Below are positions 13,541-25,795 of a DNA stretch of 64,000 bases, in pieces. Made by a program: the position numbers and the translations under genes. How positions within the stretch are numbered: position 1 is the first letter of the stretch; each line of letters opens with the position of its first letter. The stretch comes from an uncultured Candidatus Peribacteria bacterium (lineage in GTDB: Bacteria > Patescibacteriota > Gracilibacteria > BD1-5 > UBA2023): assembly GCA_964655935.1 (NCBI GenBank), contig CAZZNY010000001.1:214606-278605 (forward strand). The letters are read 5' to 3'. The notes under the pieces were generated by a model, which saw only the letters and a list, made by a program, of their open reading frames with translations, was not told where the DNA came from and ran no database searches.

Positions 13541-14515
13541 ATGAAGAAAATTTTTTCTCTTCTCGTCGGGATGATTTTTACATTTACTATGATCTGACAG
13601 GTTTTTGCTGAATATACACCAACTATTGAAGATGGTATACTTTTTCAAAAAATGATTTTACTCATAGAACGTTCCATCTCTCTAAAATGAGAACAAACGA
13701 GACAAAAATATATAGATAAACTTGATAAGGTGCAAAAAAACGAAAAAACGAGCGAGCGAGTTCAATTACTTTCCAGTTATCTTATCCAAACACTCACGAT
13801 AAATGGTCAAATTCTTGCTGGAACTTATATACCTGAAACAATAACTCCAGATACTACACCTGCGGAGGCTGAGCCTTTTGTTCAAGTTGTACCTGTTACT
13901 CAATCAGATAAACCAGTCGTAGAATTATTCGTCATGTCATACTGCCCATACTGACTCCAGGCAGAAAAATCATTTGTTCCACTTATTGATAAGTTCAAAA
14001 CTTACGCTGATATCAAAATTAAATTCGTTCACTACACAATGCACGGCTTCAAAGAAGCTCAAGAAAACACAAATCAATATTGTATTCAATCAGAACAAAA
14101 CGAAAAATTCACAACCTATCTTCAGTGTTTTACAAAAAACGGAGATTCAAAAAAATGCCTTACAGAAGCAGCTATAGATACAACCAAACTCTGAACTTGT
14201 TATACAGAAACAATGAAAAAGCTCGGTGGCGAAAAAATGTTCGATGTTGCTTCTGGAAATTTTCCAGAGTACAATATCGATGAAGTGGCTGCAAAAAAAG
14301 CCGATGTTCAGTGATCGCCAACATTCGTAGTCAATGGAGTCCAGGTAAATTCAGAAAGATCAGAGGCTGCATATGCAAAAATGATCTGTAGTGCCTTCAC
14401 GGAAGAAAAACGACCAAAAATATGTGATGAAAAATTCAGTGAGACCATCTATCAACCAGGATTCTGAGTAGAAACTCAAGCAAATGAAGCGGCGACAGCA
14501 AATTGTGGGAATTAA
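13541..14515 (+). CDS. secreted thioredoxin-fold protein, DsbA-like (CPYG active site)
   Basis: Signal-like start MKKIFSLLVGMIFTFTMIGQVFA. Motifs ...VELFVMSYCPYG (the G is TGA at 13952-13954) and ...VQGSPTFVVNG. The frame was checked to TAA 14513-14515. Confidence 0.7.
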
Positions 14516-14534
14516 AAAATCAATACGTAACACA

Positions 14535-14570
14535 AGACCCCCGGAACTTTTCCGGGGGTCTATGTTTTTT
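14535..14570. terminator. Rho-independent terminator (11-bp GC-rich stem plus T-run)
   Basis: AGACCCCCGGA - ACTTT - TCCGGGGGTCT followed by ATGTTTTTT. It lies between convergent genes. Confidence 0.75.
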
Positions 14571-14600
14571 CTGGAGTCATCAAAGAATTCTTGACGATCC

Positions 14601-15131
14601 CTATGGTTCTTTGGGGCTGATTGCATTGATCCTCATGAGGACGACAGAACCAGCTTTTTCTGTTGAGAAGATAACACTGAACCAAACATTATTTCCGTCT
14701 GGCTGCCTTTGGTATAAATCCGCCCGAATATCACTTCTTGGTTGAGAGTCACTCATAGTACCAATTACGGCATTCCGAATGACACACTGCGGACAATGTA
14801 ATGTGTTGCCACAACCACCTGGAAGATGTGAATACTCACAATTGAAAATTACTCCTCCAAGCTTGTCACGTACTTCCGATAGATCTTTGCCAAGTGCGAG
14901 TAAATTCATGGTATTTGCATGAATCGCACGAGCATTTTCATCCACCACCAAAATATTCGTTGGTAGCGAATCAATATAATCCAAAAAGTCTTGTCCTCTC
15001 CCATTTGAGATAAATGAGGCGGAACAATTCTGACAAATACCATGAGTTTCCTCAGGAATATCTATCAAAGAATCCTCCTTTAAATGAAAGGATCCAAGAG
15101 CAACTTTACACCAAGCACAAATACGTTTCAT
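14601..15131 (-). CDS. Cys-rich (CxxC...CxxC) PAS-like protein; compositionally foreign
   Basis: MKRICAWCKVALG...ETHGICQNCSASF...GGCGNTLHCPQCVIRN. 176 codons with no TGA. GC is visibly higher than the flanks. GGAGA lies 5 nt upstream of the ATG. TAG stop. Confidence 0.65.
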   Translation of the reverse strand: MKRICAWCKVALGSFHLKEDSLIDIPEETHGICQNCSASFISNGRGQDFLDYIDSLPTNILVVDENARAIHANTMNLLALGKDLSEVRDKLGGVIFNCEYSHLPGGCGNTLHCPQCVIRNAVIGTMSDSQPRSDIRADLYQRQPDGNNVWFSVIFSTEKAGSVVLMRINAISPKEP

Positions 15132-15242
15132 ACTATCTCCATACAAAGGGATCCTTATGATCCGGGTTTTGTTTGTAATTGCAAAATGCAACTCTTGTCT
15201 TATATCTAAAAAATGTTTTATTGCAAAAGAATAATCAAAAAA

Positions 15243-16561
<1,319 letters not shown>

Positions 16562-16571
<10 letters not shown>

Positions 16572-17062
16572 TCTTCCATATAATTACGAGCCCATTCAAG
16601 AGATTTTAAATAGTGTCATTCCAAAACATTAATATCAATCGGTTTTGCGGCCATGTAAGTTTCTCATCAGATAGATTGAATTTTTTCTATATCATCGTTT
16701 CATAGAAAACCCGAAATAATAACCAACACTCCTTGATATCCTGAATTTCTAAGCTCTCTGGCAAAATCAATACCCTTTCAATCCGGTAAGTTTATATCAC
16801 AAAATACAAGAGAAAATCCTTCTAGATCTTGTCATACGATCTGTCGAGCAGTAGAGATCGTCATAGCCCTACTGATTCTTTGGGCTCAAAAATCAATCAA
16901 ACATCGCTCCAGACTCTCGCTTACAACCGGATGATCTTCAAGAATGAAAATTCTTTCTGGTTTTGTTTGTATAATATTGATAGATCCGGATTTGATATCG
17001 ATTATATTTTCCCCGGTCGGAACGATCGGATGTATGTGAGATTCTCAGATTCCGTTTTTCAT
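16562..17062 (-). CDS. response regulator, receiver domain only (166 aa)
   Basis: RIFILEDHPVVSESLERCL...FSLVFCDINLPDGKGIDFARELR...VLVIISGF...YMAAKPIDINVL. Its end overlaps the start of the next gene by 10 nt. Frame checked. Confidence 0.7.
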
Positions 17063-17083
17063 AAATTAAGAATTTTAAATGTA

Positions 17084-17713
17084 TTAATCACTCTTTTTAT
17101 CCTTCTCTTTTTTCATTTCCTCGAAAAGCGTATTGAGTTGTTTTTGTATAAGATCAAGCGAATCGACTACTCGATGGATACGAGCATCTCGTTCATGTTC
17201 TCGTTTTTCATCTTCCGTTTCCTCGATGATATCATCTTCCACATTTTCATTGATCTCTTCGACATCCTCCTGAAGTTCGTCCACATCTTTCTCGATCGAA
17301 TCGACATCTTTTTCAATTTCTTCCACATCTTCCTGGATCTCTTCGATATCCTCCTGGATCTCATCGACATCCTCCTGAATCTCATCAATATCTTTCTCCA
17401 CTTCCTTCAAGCTTTTCGTATTCTTATTAACTGCCATCTGGATGAAAATCGCGAGATAGATCGCTTCGAGTGAGACGATATTCGTAAGAATCGCCAACAT
17501 CTTATCCATCTCTACTCAGAAAAGTACGAGCAAAAAAGCTCCAGAAAATAAAATAGTATGAACAATAAGTGAGCTTATCGAACCCATCCATTCAGTAACT
17601 GCAGAAGCAATTATCTCAAGATTACTTTGTTTATTTTTTGATGATTTTTTAATATTTTGAGCCTTTTTCTGAGGCAATGAATGTACGGTTTTTTTTGGCA
17701 TACAAATTATCAT
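17084..17713 (-). CDS. small membrane protein (DUF1003 / iron-permease-like core) with an acidic heptad-repeat tail
   Basis: Track ORFs 17516-17713 and 17084-17509 are joined by TGA 17516-17518. Core sequence LTNIVSLEAIYLAIFIQMAVNKN, then eight DxxEIQE-type heptads. TAA at 17084-17086. Confidence 0.55.
17225..17392 (-). repeat. eight tandem 21-nt (7-aa) repeats inside the CDS
   Basis: DIDEIQE DVDEIQE DIEEIQE DVEEIEK DVDSIEK DVDELQE DVEEINE NVEDDII. Confidence 0.8.
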
Positions 17714-17818
17714 TATGAGCTCGCGACAGTATAATCAAAAAGAGGAAAAAGAAAAAATATTTACAAAATTTAAAAGTGGGATAAACTCAGTAATATTAAT
17801 ACTCTTCATATATTACAT

Positions 17819-19417
17819 ATGAACACTAAAAAATCTGCATTCACCCTCGTCGAACTTATCGTAGTTATCGGGGTTCTTTCGGTTTTGAGCACGATAGCTT
17901 TTGTTTCATTTTCTGGATATAATTCTAATTCTCGAGATAGCGTACGTGTCACGGACTTTAATAATCTTACTGTAGCACTCGAACAATCAGTAGCAAAAAC
18001 ATATACTCTTCCAAAACCTGGAACTAGCATAGAAATCAAAGTCGGGTCTACAGTTACTTGATATCAATGATACGCTGATAAAAACGTTCTTGACACAATT
18101 GCCTTATCAAATGCAAAAGATCCTCTTGATGGAGTCTACTATACTTATGCCACAAATGTCGATCTTACGAAATATCAGCTTCTCTGATTTTTAGAGAATT
18201 CCGATAGTCTTACTTATTTTTCCTATAATAAAAAGCTAACGCTTCCGGAATTTTCCATTATTCCTTCTGCTCATGCAGAACCTGCTACGTATGCGAACAG
18301 ATTTATCGTATCGAAATGAAATCAACTCGGAGTTTTCCTTAATCCAGTGACTTTTCTGCCAATACAGACAAATTATAATGCCAGCACTTTCACGAGCCTC
18401 GATATCGCAAATACTACGAGTTCGTATGTCAGTATTCTCAATAATACTTCAACTGGAAAAATCACGGGAACTGGAAGTGCTCTTGCTAGTATCAATCCAG
18501 CATCAAGCTGTAAACGAATTTTCGAGAGTGGCATCGGAAAAGTCGCTGGAGAATATACACTAGTAACAAATACTATTACCTATCAAGCTTACTGTGTTCC
18601 TAATTATACTGATAAAATCGCGACGTCAGAGCTATTAAATACTGATGCGGAATATGGAAGTAATCAGTACTGGGGTGGAAATACCACCGTTCAAGCAAGT
18701 GATGCTCACTCTGGAAATTATACTTTCAAATCCACTTGACCATCCACAATCTTTTCAAGTTATTATATTCCAATAGATACAACAAAAACCTATAAAATCG
18801 AAGGTTGGTTTAAGTCTGTTTGAGTGGCTCAAAGTAAATTATATTTCGGTTATGCTCCTTATGATGGAGATTTTCGATCAATAACTGGTCAATCAGTTAT
18901 TCCTTACAGTTGAACTGAAACAGAATTATATGAACCCGTCATTGCTTCCGATACTATAGTAAAATTGGTAAACAAATGAAATACTTGTACTAACATAGGC
19001 GGAGTTACTTATTTTTCAAACTATGCATCCATAGCTTTTGATATCGATACTTCTTGAAATTATTGAGACTTGCCAAATTTTAATACAAGTCCTTCAACAT
19101 GATTCGCCTCTATAGTAGATAATGGAGCATTTTGTACTCTTACTACAAAATCAGCCGTATGAAAAATCTATCCAGTCGGCACAAAAACGAGAATTCATTC
19201 TTCTGGTGGTTATGCATATGTTGCTGCTGCTAATACTCCAATTCCTACAACATGGACAAAATATGAAGCAACCATTTCTTGAGAAACACTCTACTGAGCT
19301 TCAAACACAAAATTTTGGAAAGGCACAAAATATGTTAAATTTTTAATACTTTCGAATTATCAACAAAGCATGAACGAAGTGTTATTGTTTGACGATCTGA
19401 AGATTACTCGATTATAA
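17819..19417 (+). CDS. type IV pilin-like protein with a large C-terminal beta-sandwich/lectin-like extension (532 aa)
   Basis: The N-terminus MNTKKSAFTLVELIVVIGVLSVLSTIAFVSF is a prepilin leader plus hydrophobic helix. Track ORFs 17819-18061 and 18347-18739 share the frame. All codons to TAA 19415-19417 were checked. Confidence 0.8.
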
Positions 19418-19426
19418 TATAAAATT

Positions 19427-20737
19427 ATGTTTCTAAAAAATAACAGATCCTGATTCACTCTCGTCGAGCTTATCGTTGTCATCACAATACTTTCGATTCT
19501 TTGAACGATTGCTTTTTTATCCCTTAATGGATATTCTTCTTCTGCACGAGATAGTGTACGCATAACCGACGTAAGCCTCATCCAAAAATGACTTGAAATC
19601 TATGATACAAAAGCAGGATTTTACCCAATGGCCGATGGTAATTATGTTACCGTAACTTCTTCTGGATCAGATATATCATATCAAGGGTTTGTATGATCAA
19701 AACTCTCCACTCTCTTAGGATTAAATAACTGAATAATCGATCCGCTTGATGGTGGTCAATATACATATAGTGTCGATACAAAATATAGAAAATATCATAT
19801 CGTATGACTCACTGAAAATAAAGATTCTCTTGCTTTTGTATCTAAGACTTATGCTCTGGATTTTTCTAATCGAAATATTTTATCAAAATGAAATTTTTCT
19901 CTTTCTATTATCTCAAACACGGGAAATACCATAAATACACCCTTGAATTATCTACAAAATTGATGAACGAAAGATATAGATTCTCTAGATCCAAATATAT
20001 ATTGAATGTATCACAATTGTAAAGAAATTAAAAACACTCTCCATACGAATACATCTTGACTGTATCAGATAAATCCAACTTGAACAAAAGTAATCAATGT
20101 TCAGTGTGATATGGAAACAAATGGTTGAGGTTGGACAATTTTTCAAAAAAGAATGGATGGTTCTATGGATTTCTATCGTGATTGGGCGGATTACAAAAAT
20201 TGATTTTGAAATCCACTCACGGAATACTGGATCTGAAATGACAATCTGAATATTCTTACAAATTCTTTCGAAACAACCTGATTACGAATAGATATGCAGA
20301 CTAAAAAAACTGATGGTGGTATAAAAAGATATGCTGAATATTCAAGTTTTAGTACGGACACTGAGGCAAATAAATATAGACTTTCCGTATCTTGATTTTC
20401 CTGAGACACTTATAATTCATTTTGAGGACATAGCTGATTTTCATTTACTACTCGTAATCAAGACAATGATACCAATATCGGTAACTGTGCAGTATCATAT
20501 AAGTGAGCCTGGTGGTACTGAACCTGTCACTCAGCAAATCTGAACTGATTATACTTAAACTGAATTCACAATTCCTACGCAAATGGTATTAATTGGTCTG
20601 GATTTGTTTGATTACCTGGCAATACTCCTTGTGAATGATATAATCCTTGACCAAATAATTCTGTTAACTGTTCGACTCATCCAAGCTCATGATGGGGTTT
20701 TTATTCTCTCCCCTTTGTAGAGATGAAATTACGTTAA
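19427..20737 (+). CDS. type IV pilin-like protein fused to a fibrinogen-related (FReD/FBG) lectin domain (436 aa)
   Basis: MFLKNNRS[G=TGA 19451-19453]FTLVELIVVITILSILGTIAFLSL. The C-terminal half reads [105 protein letters not shown]. TAA at 20735-20737. Confidence 0.85.
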
Positions 20738-20765
20738 TTCTTTTTCTATTCATTAATTCTCTTTT

Positions 20766-21641
20766 ATGCTAAAATCTATGACTGGTTATGGTCGTGTAAG
20801 CTGTGAGCTTGCTAATACTCGGTACAATGTCGAGATTCGATCAGTGAATAATAAAATTCTCAATCTCTCCATCCGCACTCCGCTGGCACTCCAAGAAAAA
20901 GAATGAGAGCTCCGAAACGAGCTCTCTCGATTGCTCGAGCGATGAAGTGTCATAGTGAATATCGACATCGATAAGTGATGAGAACGAGTCGCAAATCGAA
21001 TCAACGAAACAGTGGTAATCGATTATTATCATCAGATTGTAAGCCTTACGGAAAAAGTAGCGTTTGAACCTACGGAATCTGCTCTCGCTCAAGCTCTTCG
21101 GATGCCTGGAATTTTCTGAAGCGAAGAACTGCAGGTAAATGACGATTATTGGAATACGATTCTCACCGCGACTATGGAAGCAATGAAATTATTCGATGTT
21201 TCTCGAGAACGAGAATGAGCTCTACTGGAAGTCGATATTCATGAACGAGTCAGGAAGATCGAAGATCATCTTCTCGTGATAGAAACCTTTGAAAAAGCTC
21301 GAATCGAGCGAATCAAATCCCGAATCCAAGCGAATCTCGCAGAATTCATCGAAGCGGAAAAAATCGATACGAATCGTTTTGAACAGGAGGTCATCTACTA
21401 TCTGGAACAGATTGATTTTACCGAAGAAAAAGTAAGACTTTCCAAACACTGTAATTATTTTATGGAAACTCTAAAACTCGCTGGACCACACGGAAAAAAA
21501 CTCGAATTCATCGTCCAAGAAATCGGTAGAGAAATCAATACACTTGGCTCAAAAGCTCGTGATGCTGATATCCAAAAACTCGTCGTTCAGATGAAAGACG
21601 AGCTCGAAAAAGTAAAGGAACAACTTGCAAATGTCTTATAA
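20766..21641 (+). CDS. yicC: YicC/YloC family stress-induced protein (endoribonuclease)
   Basis: MLKSMTGYGRVS...NVEIRSVNNK... and the C-terminus ...EFIVQEIGREINTLGSKA.DADIQKLVVQMKDELEKVKEQLANVL. Frame checked through 6 TGAs. Confidence 0.8.
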
Positions 21642-21645
21642 GATA

Positions 21646-21668
21646 AAACCAGCCTATTTGGCTGGTTT
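21646..21668. terminator. hairpin AAACCAGCC-TATTT-GGCTGGTTT
   Basis: 9-bp stem immediately after the yicC stop. The extended TspO-like ORF overlaps it. Confidence 0.5.
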
Positions 21669-22448
21669 ATTTATAGTTCAAATAATGTAAGAAAGAAAAC
21701 TAAAAGCTAACATAAGACTCAGTGCATAAAAAGAAATATCTCAAGGTGTTATTCCTATAACACGTATAAATATTCAAAATATCGCCCAAAGTCATACGAG
21801 TCAAAAAATGGAATCACGAAAAAATTTGGTTACGTATATTTGAAAAAATGAGGAAAAAATCAAAAGTACAAGAAAAACATACATCTGTGCGATGCTTGTC
21901 TGAAAGAATCAAAGAAATGAGAGGTATGATGAAATATTCAAAAAGATAGCGACACTGATCCATGAAAAATATATACGAAATGGCAAAAGGAAAAAAAGAG
22001 TGAATCTTCGCGGATGGAGATGAGATTCATAAGAACCAAGCTTGCCATAGATAAAAGAAAGCGAAAGAAAAAGTGTCGTCATACTTAATAGCGAAAGTCC
22101 TATATATTCATGATGCCAAGAGAAAATCCAAGCAATATTTGCGGCACACGAAAGAATAAACCAGCCAGATTTTTTATCGATAAATTCAGCGATTGATTTT
22201 TCGTGTCTCTTAAAGAAAAGATCATACAACTGAAAGAAGATAAATCCTGCGAGTAAGAAATATATAAGTCACCAAATCACAAAAGTATAACCAGCAGGTA
22301 CAAAAAAACCGGCGTAGATATCCGATATCTGGCCGGTAGTTTTTCATCACAAAGGAAGTGAATTAGCTGCATAATTTGCAGTAATCATTGCACCAAAGGC
22401 AAGCGTATTAAAAATACGAAGAATAATAGTTTTTGGTCCGGTTTTCAT
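21654..22448 (-). CDS. TspO/MBR-like tryptophan-rich membrane protein (264 aa)
   Basis: MKTGPKTIILRIFNTLAFGAMITANYAANSLPLGGKTTGQISDIYAGFFVPAGYTFVIWGLIY... Frame checked from 22448 to TAG 21654-21656. Confidence 0.6.
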
Positions 22449-22535
22449 ATTCTTATGAGAAAAAAGAATAAGATCACCTTCACTATATTTTTTTTTGAAA
22501 TAATGCAAGAAAAAAGATGGGAACAGACATAGTTT

Positions 22536-22612
22536 GTCATTCTCCAGTGAAACGAAGAATCCCTTGTAGACGACTTATCTACAAGGGATTCTCACGCTAC
22601 GCTCAGAATGAC
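22536..22612. repeat. GTCATTCT...AGAATGAC nested palindrome (77 nt)
   Basis: The outer 8-bp inverted repeat is GTCATTCT/AGAATGAC. The inner 13-bp stem is GAATCCCTTGTAG/CTACAAGGGATTC. An extra half-site TTCAGAATGAC lies at 22623-22633. Confidence 0.75.
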
Positions 22613-22645
22613 AGATTAAGGATTCAGAATGACAACCAATGTTTT

Positions 22646-24577
22646 TTAGCTTTCTCGTTTCTTAAAAGGTTTTCGTGGTGGGAATTTTTTATCACCAAAT
22701 GGTTTTTTGTCTCCGAAATCCTCACGAGGTTTTCGTGGAGCCCATTCACGGCGTTCACCACCTTCTTTTTTCTCTCCAAAAGGTTTATCAAAATCTCGTT
22801 TTGGTCGATCACCGAAAGGCTTTCGATCTCCGAATGTTTTTCTCTCTGGTCGATCTCCACCAAAAGATGATTTTCGATCTCCAAAATCTTCACGTGGTTT
22901 TCGTGGAGTCCATTCTCGTTTTTCACTAGAAAATTCACCTGCAGGTTTTCTGTTTCAGAATGATGGCTTACGCGGAGATTGTTCACCACCGAAAGATGGT
23001 CTTGCATCAGAATCTACATTTGAGAAGAAAGGTTTGCTTTCACGAGGAGCTCGTGGAGCGTCAAAATCTCGTTTTGGTCGATCACCAAAAGGTTTTCGAT
23101 CACCAGATGGTTTTCGATCAGAGAAAGGTCGTGGGGCACGTCATGCTGAACTTGTTTCAGCATCCCCCGAATTTCGAGATGTACCAAAAGAAGGTTTTCG
23201 TGGAGTCCATTCTCGTTTTTCACCAGTTGCTTCTCTTGAAGGTTTTCGATCAGAAAATGCTGGTTTTTTATCTCCATATACATTTCGATCTTCAGTACCA
23301 TCACGAGTTCATCGATATCCAGTACTTCGTCCACCTCGAGCAGAAGAACCTCCAGATCGAGCACTAGAAGAACTACTTCGACCACCACTTCTTCCTCCGC
23401 GTCCACTTTGAGTATTTTCAGTATTATTACGTCGCTCTGCAGCTTCGTCTCGACGAACTTCTACTCCTTCGCTATCGACTTTCTTGATTCGGATTTTATT
23501 GCTTTTTTCGACTTTATAGAGCGCTTCACCTTCGTTTTTCGATACGAACATGATTGCTTTTCCTTCTTTTCCGGCTCGACCAGTTCGACCGATTCGGTGA
23601 ATATATGACTCTGGATCGTTTGGAACATCATAATTGATGACGAGATGGATATGGCCGAGATTTAGACCTCGAGCCGCGACATCAGTCGTCACAAGAATCT
23701 GTAATAGACCTTTTTTATATCGATCCATCATTCGGAAACGTTGACTTTGTTTCATATCACCATTAATATATCCAGCTTCAAAACCATCATCTTCGAGTTT
23801 CCCTACGAGCTGTTCAGTGTTTCGTTTTGTCTCAGTAAAGACGAGAACTTTTTCCTCAGCTTTTCTGTGAGTTTCAAGATATTCCTTAAGCATTTCGTAT
23901 TTTTCAAAATGTGGAACTTCCATAAAAGAGTGATCGATTTTTTCTACCGTAATAGTGTCACCAGATTTTACGAAAGTGTAATCGACTCAGAGATGTTTTT
24001 CGATAATAACTCGAATATCTGGAGTGATCGTCGCAGAAAATGCAAAAACTTGTTTAAGATTTTTACAATTCTCCCAAATATATTCGATATCTTGGACGAA
24101 TCCCATATCGAGCATTCGATCGACTTCATCGAGAATAAGAAATTCGATAGTCGAAAGATCGAGAATTCCTCGCTCTATAAAGTCCATAGTTCGACCTGGA
24201 GTACCAGTGACAATGTGTGGTTTTCGATCAAGATCTTTCTTTTGTCCGTAGAGCGCAGCTCCACCGTAGACGGCAGTCGACCGGATCATCATGCTTCGAG
24301 AAAGATTGAAAGCGTCTTCTCGAATCTGACTCACGAGTTCACGTGTTGGTCCGAGAATAAGAGCTTGTGTAGTACGTTTTTCAGCATCAATACCATTTAA
24401 GAGTGGAATCATAAAGGCTCCTGTTTTACCAGTACCCGTCTGAGACTGTCCGACGATATTTTTTCCAGTAAGCGCTGTAGGAATTACTTCCATCTGGATA
24501 GCGGTAGGTTCATTAAAACCAGCCAAAGTAAGAGAATTGATCAAGCTTGGTTGCAGATCAAAATCAGAAAATTTCAT
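22646..24577 (-). CDS. DEAD-box (DEVD variant) ATP-dependent RNA helicase with a ~220-aa Arg/Lys/Gly/Pro-rich repeat tail (643 aa)
   Basis: Q-motif FNEPTAIQ, motif I GQSQTGTGKT, PTRELV, LILDEVDRML, SAT, HRIGRTGRAG. The tail carries repeats such as FGDRKPFGDRPKRDF and REWTPRKP. Frame checked to TAA 22646-22648. Confidence 0.85.
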
Positions 24578-24648
24578 AAAAAAAAGTGAAGAAATAGTGC
24601 CAAAATGCACATTACATTCGCAGCTATAACAAACAATGACATAAAAAT

Positions 24649-24674
24649 CGTCATTGCGAGGCACGAAGCAATCT
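24649..24674. repeat. GTCATTGC-box element
   Basis: CGTCATTGCGAGGCACGAAGCAATCT. Confidence 0.5.
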
Positions 24675-24720
24675 AGAAATTGCACTATTATACCTCTATT
24701 ACAGTGTCAAAAAAGCGGAA

Positions 24721-24745
24721 GATTCCAGTCTACACCGGAATGACG
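24721..24745. repeat. half element ending in GGAATGACG
   Basis: GATTCCAG-TCTACAC-CGGAATGACG. Confidence 0.5.
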
Positions 24746-25036
24746 TTTTTCAAAAAGACAAAAATGGATGTGCCCATTATACGATTCTTCCCAAGCGTGG
24801 CTTCGCAAGTGGATAAGAAAGGATCGGGCAAAAAACAAAGGAAAGAAAACGGCTCAAAGCATAAAATATGCTTTCCCGAAACAAAATTCTCGAAAAACGA
24901 GTAATTTTTTATAGTTTTTTACCAGAACGCACAGAAGTATATGGATTAATTCCAAAAAGCAAAAAAGAAAAAGGAAACAAAAAATAAGAGCTCTCACCTA
25001 AGCGAAAACTCTTACTTAATTAGTAATCCCGCTTTT

Positions 25037-25066
25037 GTCATTCCCGCGGAGGCGGGAATCCAGGAT
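25037..25066. repeat. GTCATTCCCGC hairpin element
   Basis: GTCATTCCCGCGGAGGCGGGAATCCAGGAT. Differs by about 1-2 nt from the copy at 47010-47039. Confidence 0.75.
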
Positions 25067-25086
25067 AAAATATTAATCCTTTTTAA

Positions 25087-25509
25087 TTACATGTTATTCT
25101 TAGCAAGCAATATTTTTCCTTCGCCTCAAATTTTTGTCGCTACGAAATCAATAACGATTCCATATATCGCACCAGCCACTATCGTCAACCAGAATATTAT
25201 ATTTTGTTGTGGTATCGGCGTAAAATAAACACCGATCGCCATCTGTATTGAAACAATCGCACCGAATAAAGCTCAGCGAAATATTGGAAATATTCGAAAA
25301 CCAAAAACTGGATGATGAGAATAAATACCGATAAGTCAGATCGTAAAACCAATCATAAAGCGATTCATAAGGATGCTCCACATAAGAACTGTTCACCAAA
25401 TAGCTGGATTCGTACCAGACGCGAGCCAGACACAGATAAAACCGAAAAGAATTCAAAGTACGAGAGAAGTGATCCACCTCTTCATAAAAACAGAAGATCC
25501 GTTTTTCAT
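25087..25509 (-). CDS. small 4-TM membrane protein (140 aa), function unknown
   Basis: MKNGSSVFMKRWITSLVLGILFGFICVWLASGTNPAIWGTVLMW...IVAGAIYGIVIDFVATKIGGEG. This frame differs from track ORF 25148-25477. Confidence 0.6.
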
Positions 25510-25552
25510 AGTATGAAAATTAGGGAGTAAAGATATTAACTCGAGTGCCAAG

Positions 25553-25604
25553 CACGTCATCCTCGGGCTCCAAGTACGTCATCCTCGGGCTTGACCCGGG
25601 GATC
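25553..25604 (+). repeat. tandem CGTCATCCTCGGGCT element (forward orientation)
   Basis: CACGTCATCCTCGGGCTC-CAAG-TACGTCATCCTCGGGCTTGACCCGGGGATC. Confidence 0.8.
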
Positions 25605-25629
25605 TCATGCGGTTCAGATAGTTGATGAT

Positions 25630-25655
25630 GAGATTCCCGTTTTCACGGGAATGAC
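25630..25655. repeat. hairpin element ATTCCCG-TTTTCA-CGGGAAT-GACG
   Basis: 7-bp stem followed by the GACG box. Confidence 0.6.
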
Positions 25656-25795
25656 GTTCTTTAATATTATAGACGAAACCGTCGAAATACAAGGATTATT
25701 TTTCTTACATTGTCATCTCTAGAGAGGGGCTAGTACTTTTTTTTGGTATAAATCAAAATTTGAATATTATACATTTAACCTAATCCACTCACCCT

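Noticed and set aside
16829-17473. 214-aa plus-strand ORF and 73-aa minus-strand ORF (17167-17388) over the acidic repeat region.
   Set aside because: They are frames of the 21-nt tandem repeat. The real gene is the 17084-17713 minus frame, which has a membrane core.
22517-23411. Five overlapping ORFs (117-234 aa) on both strands with repetitive SPKGFRS/HENL-type sequences.
   Set aside because: They are alternative frames of the repetitive helicase C-terminal tail. The frame contiguous with the helicase core gives the coherent RG/FGDRKP repeat protein.
23741-24400. 219-aa plus-strand ORF, and 33437-34147 (236 aa).
   Set aside because: They are antisense to the helicase and tex genes respectively, whose motifs are unambiguous.
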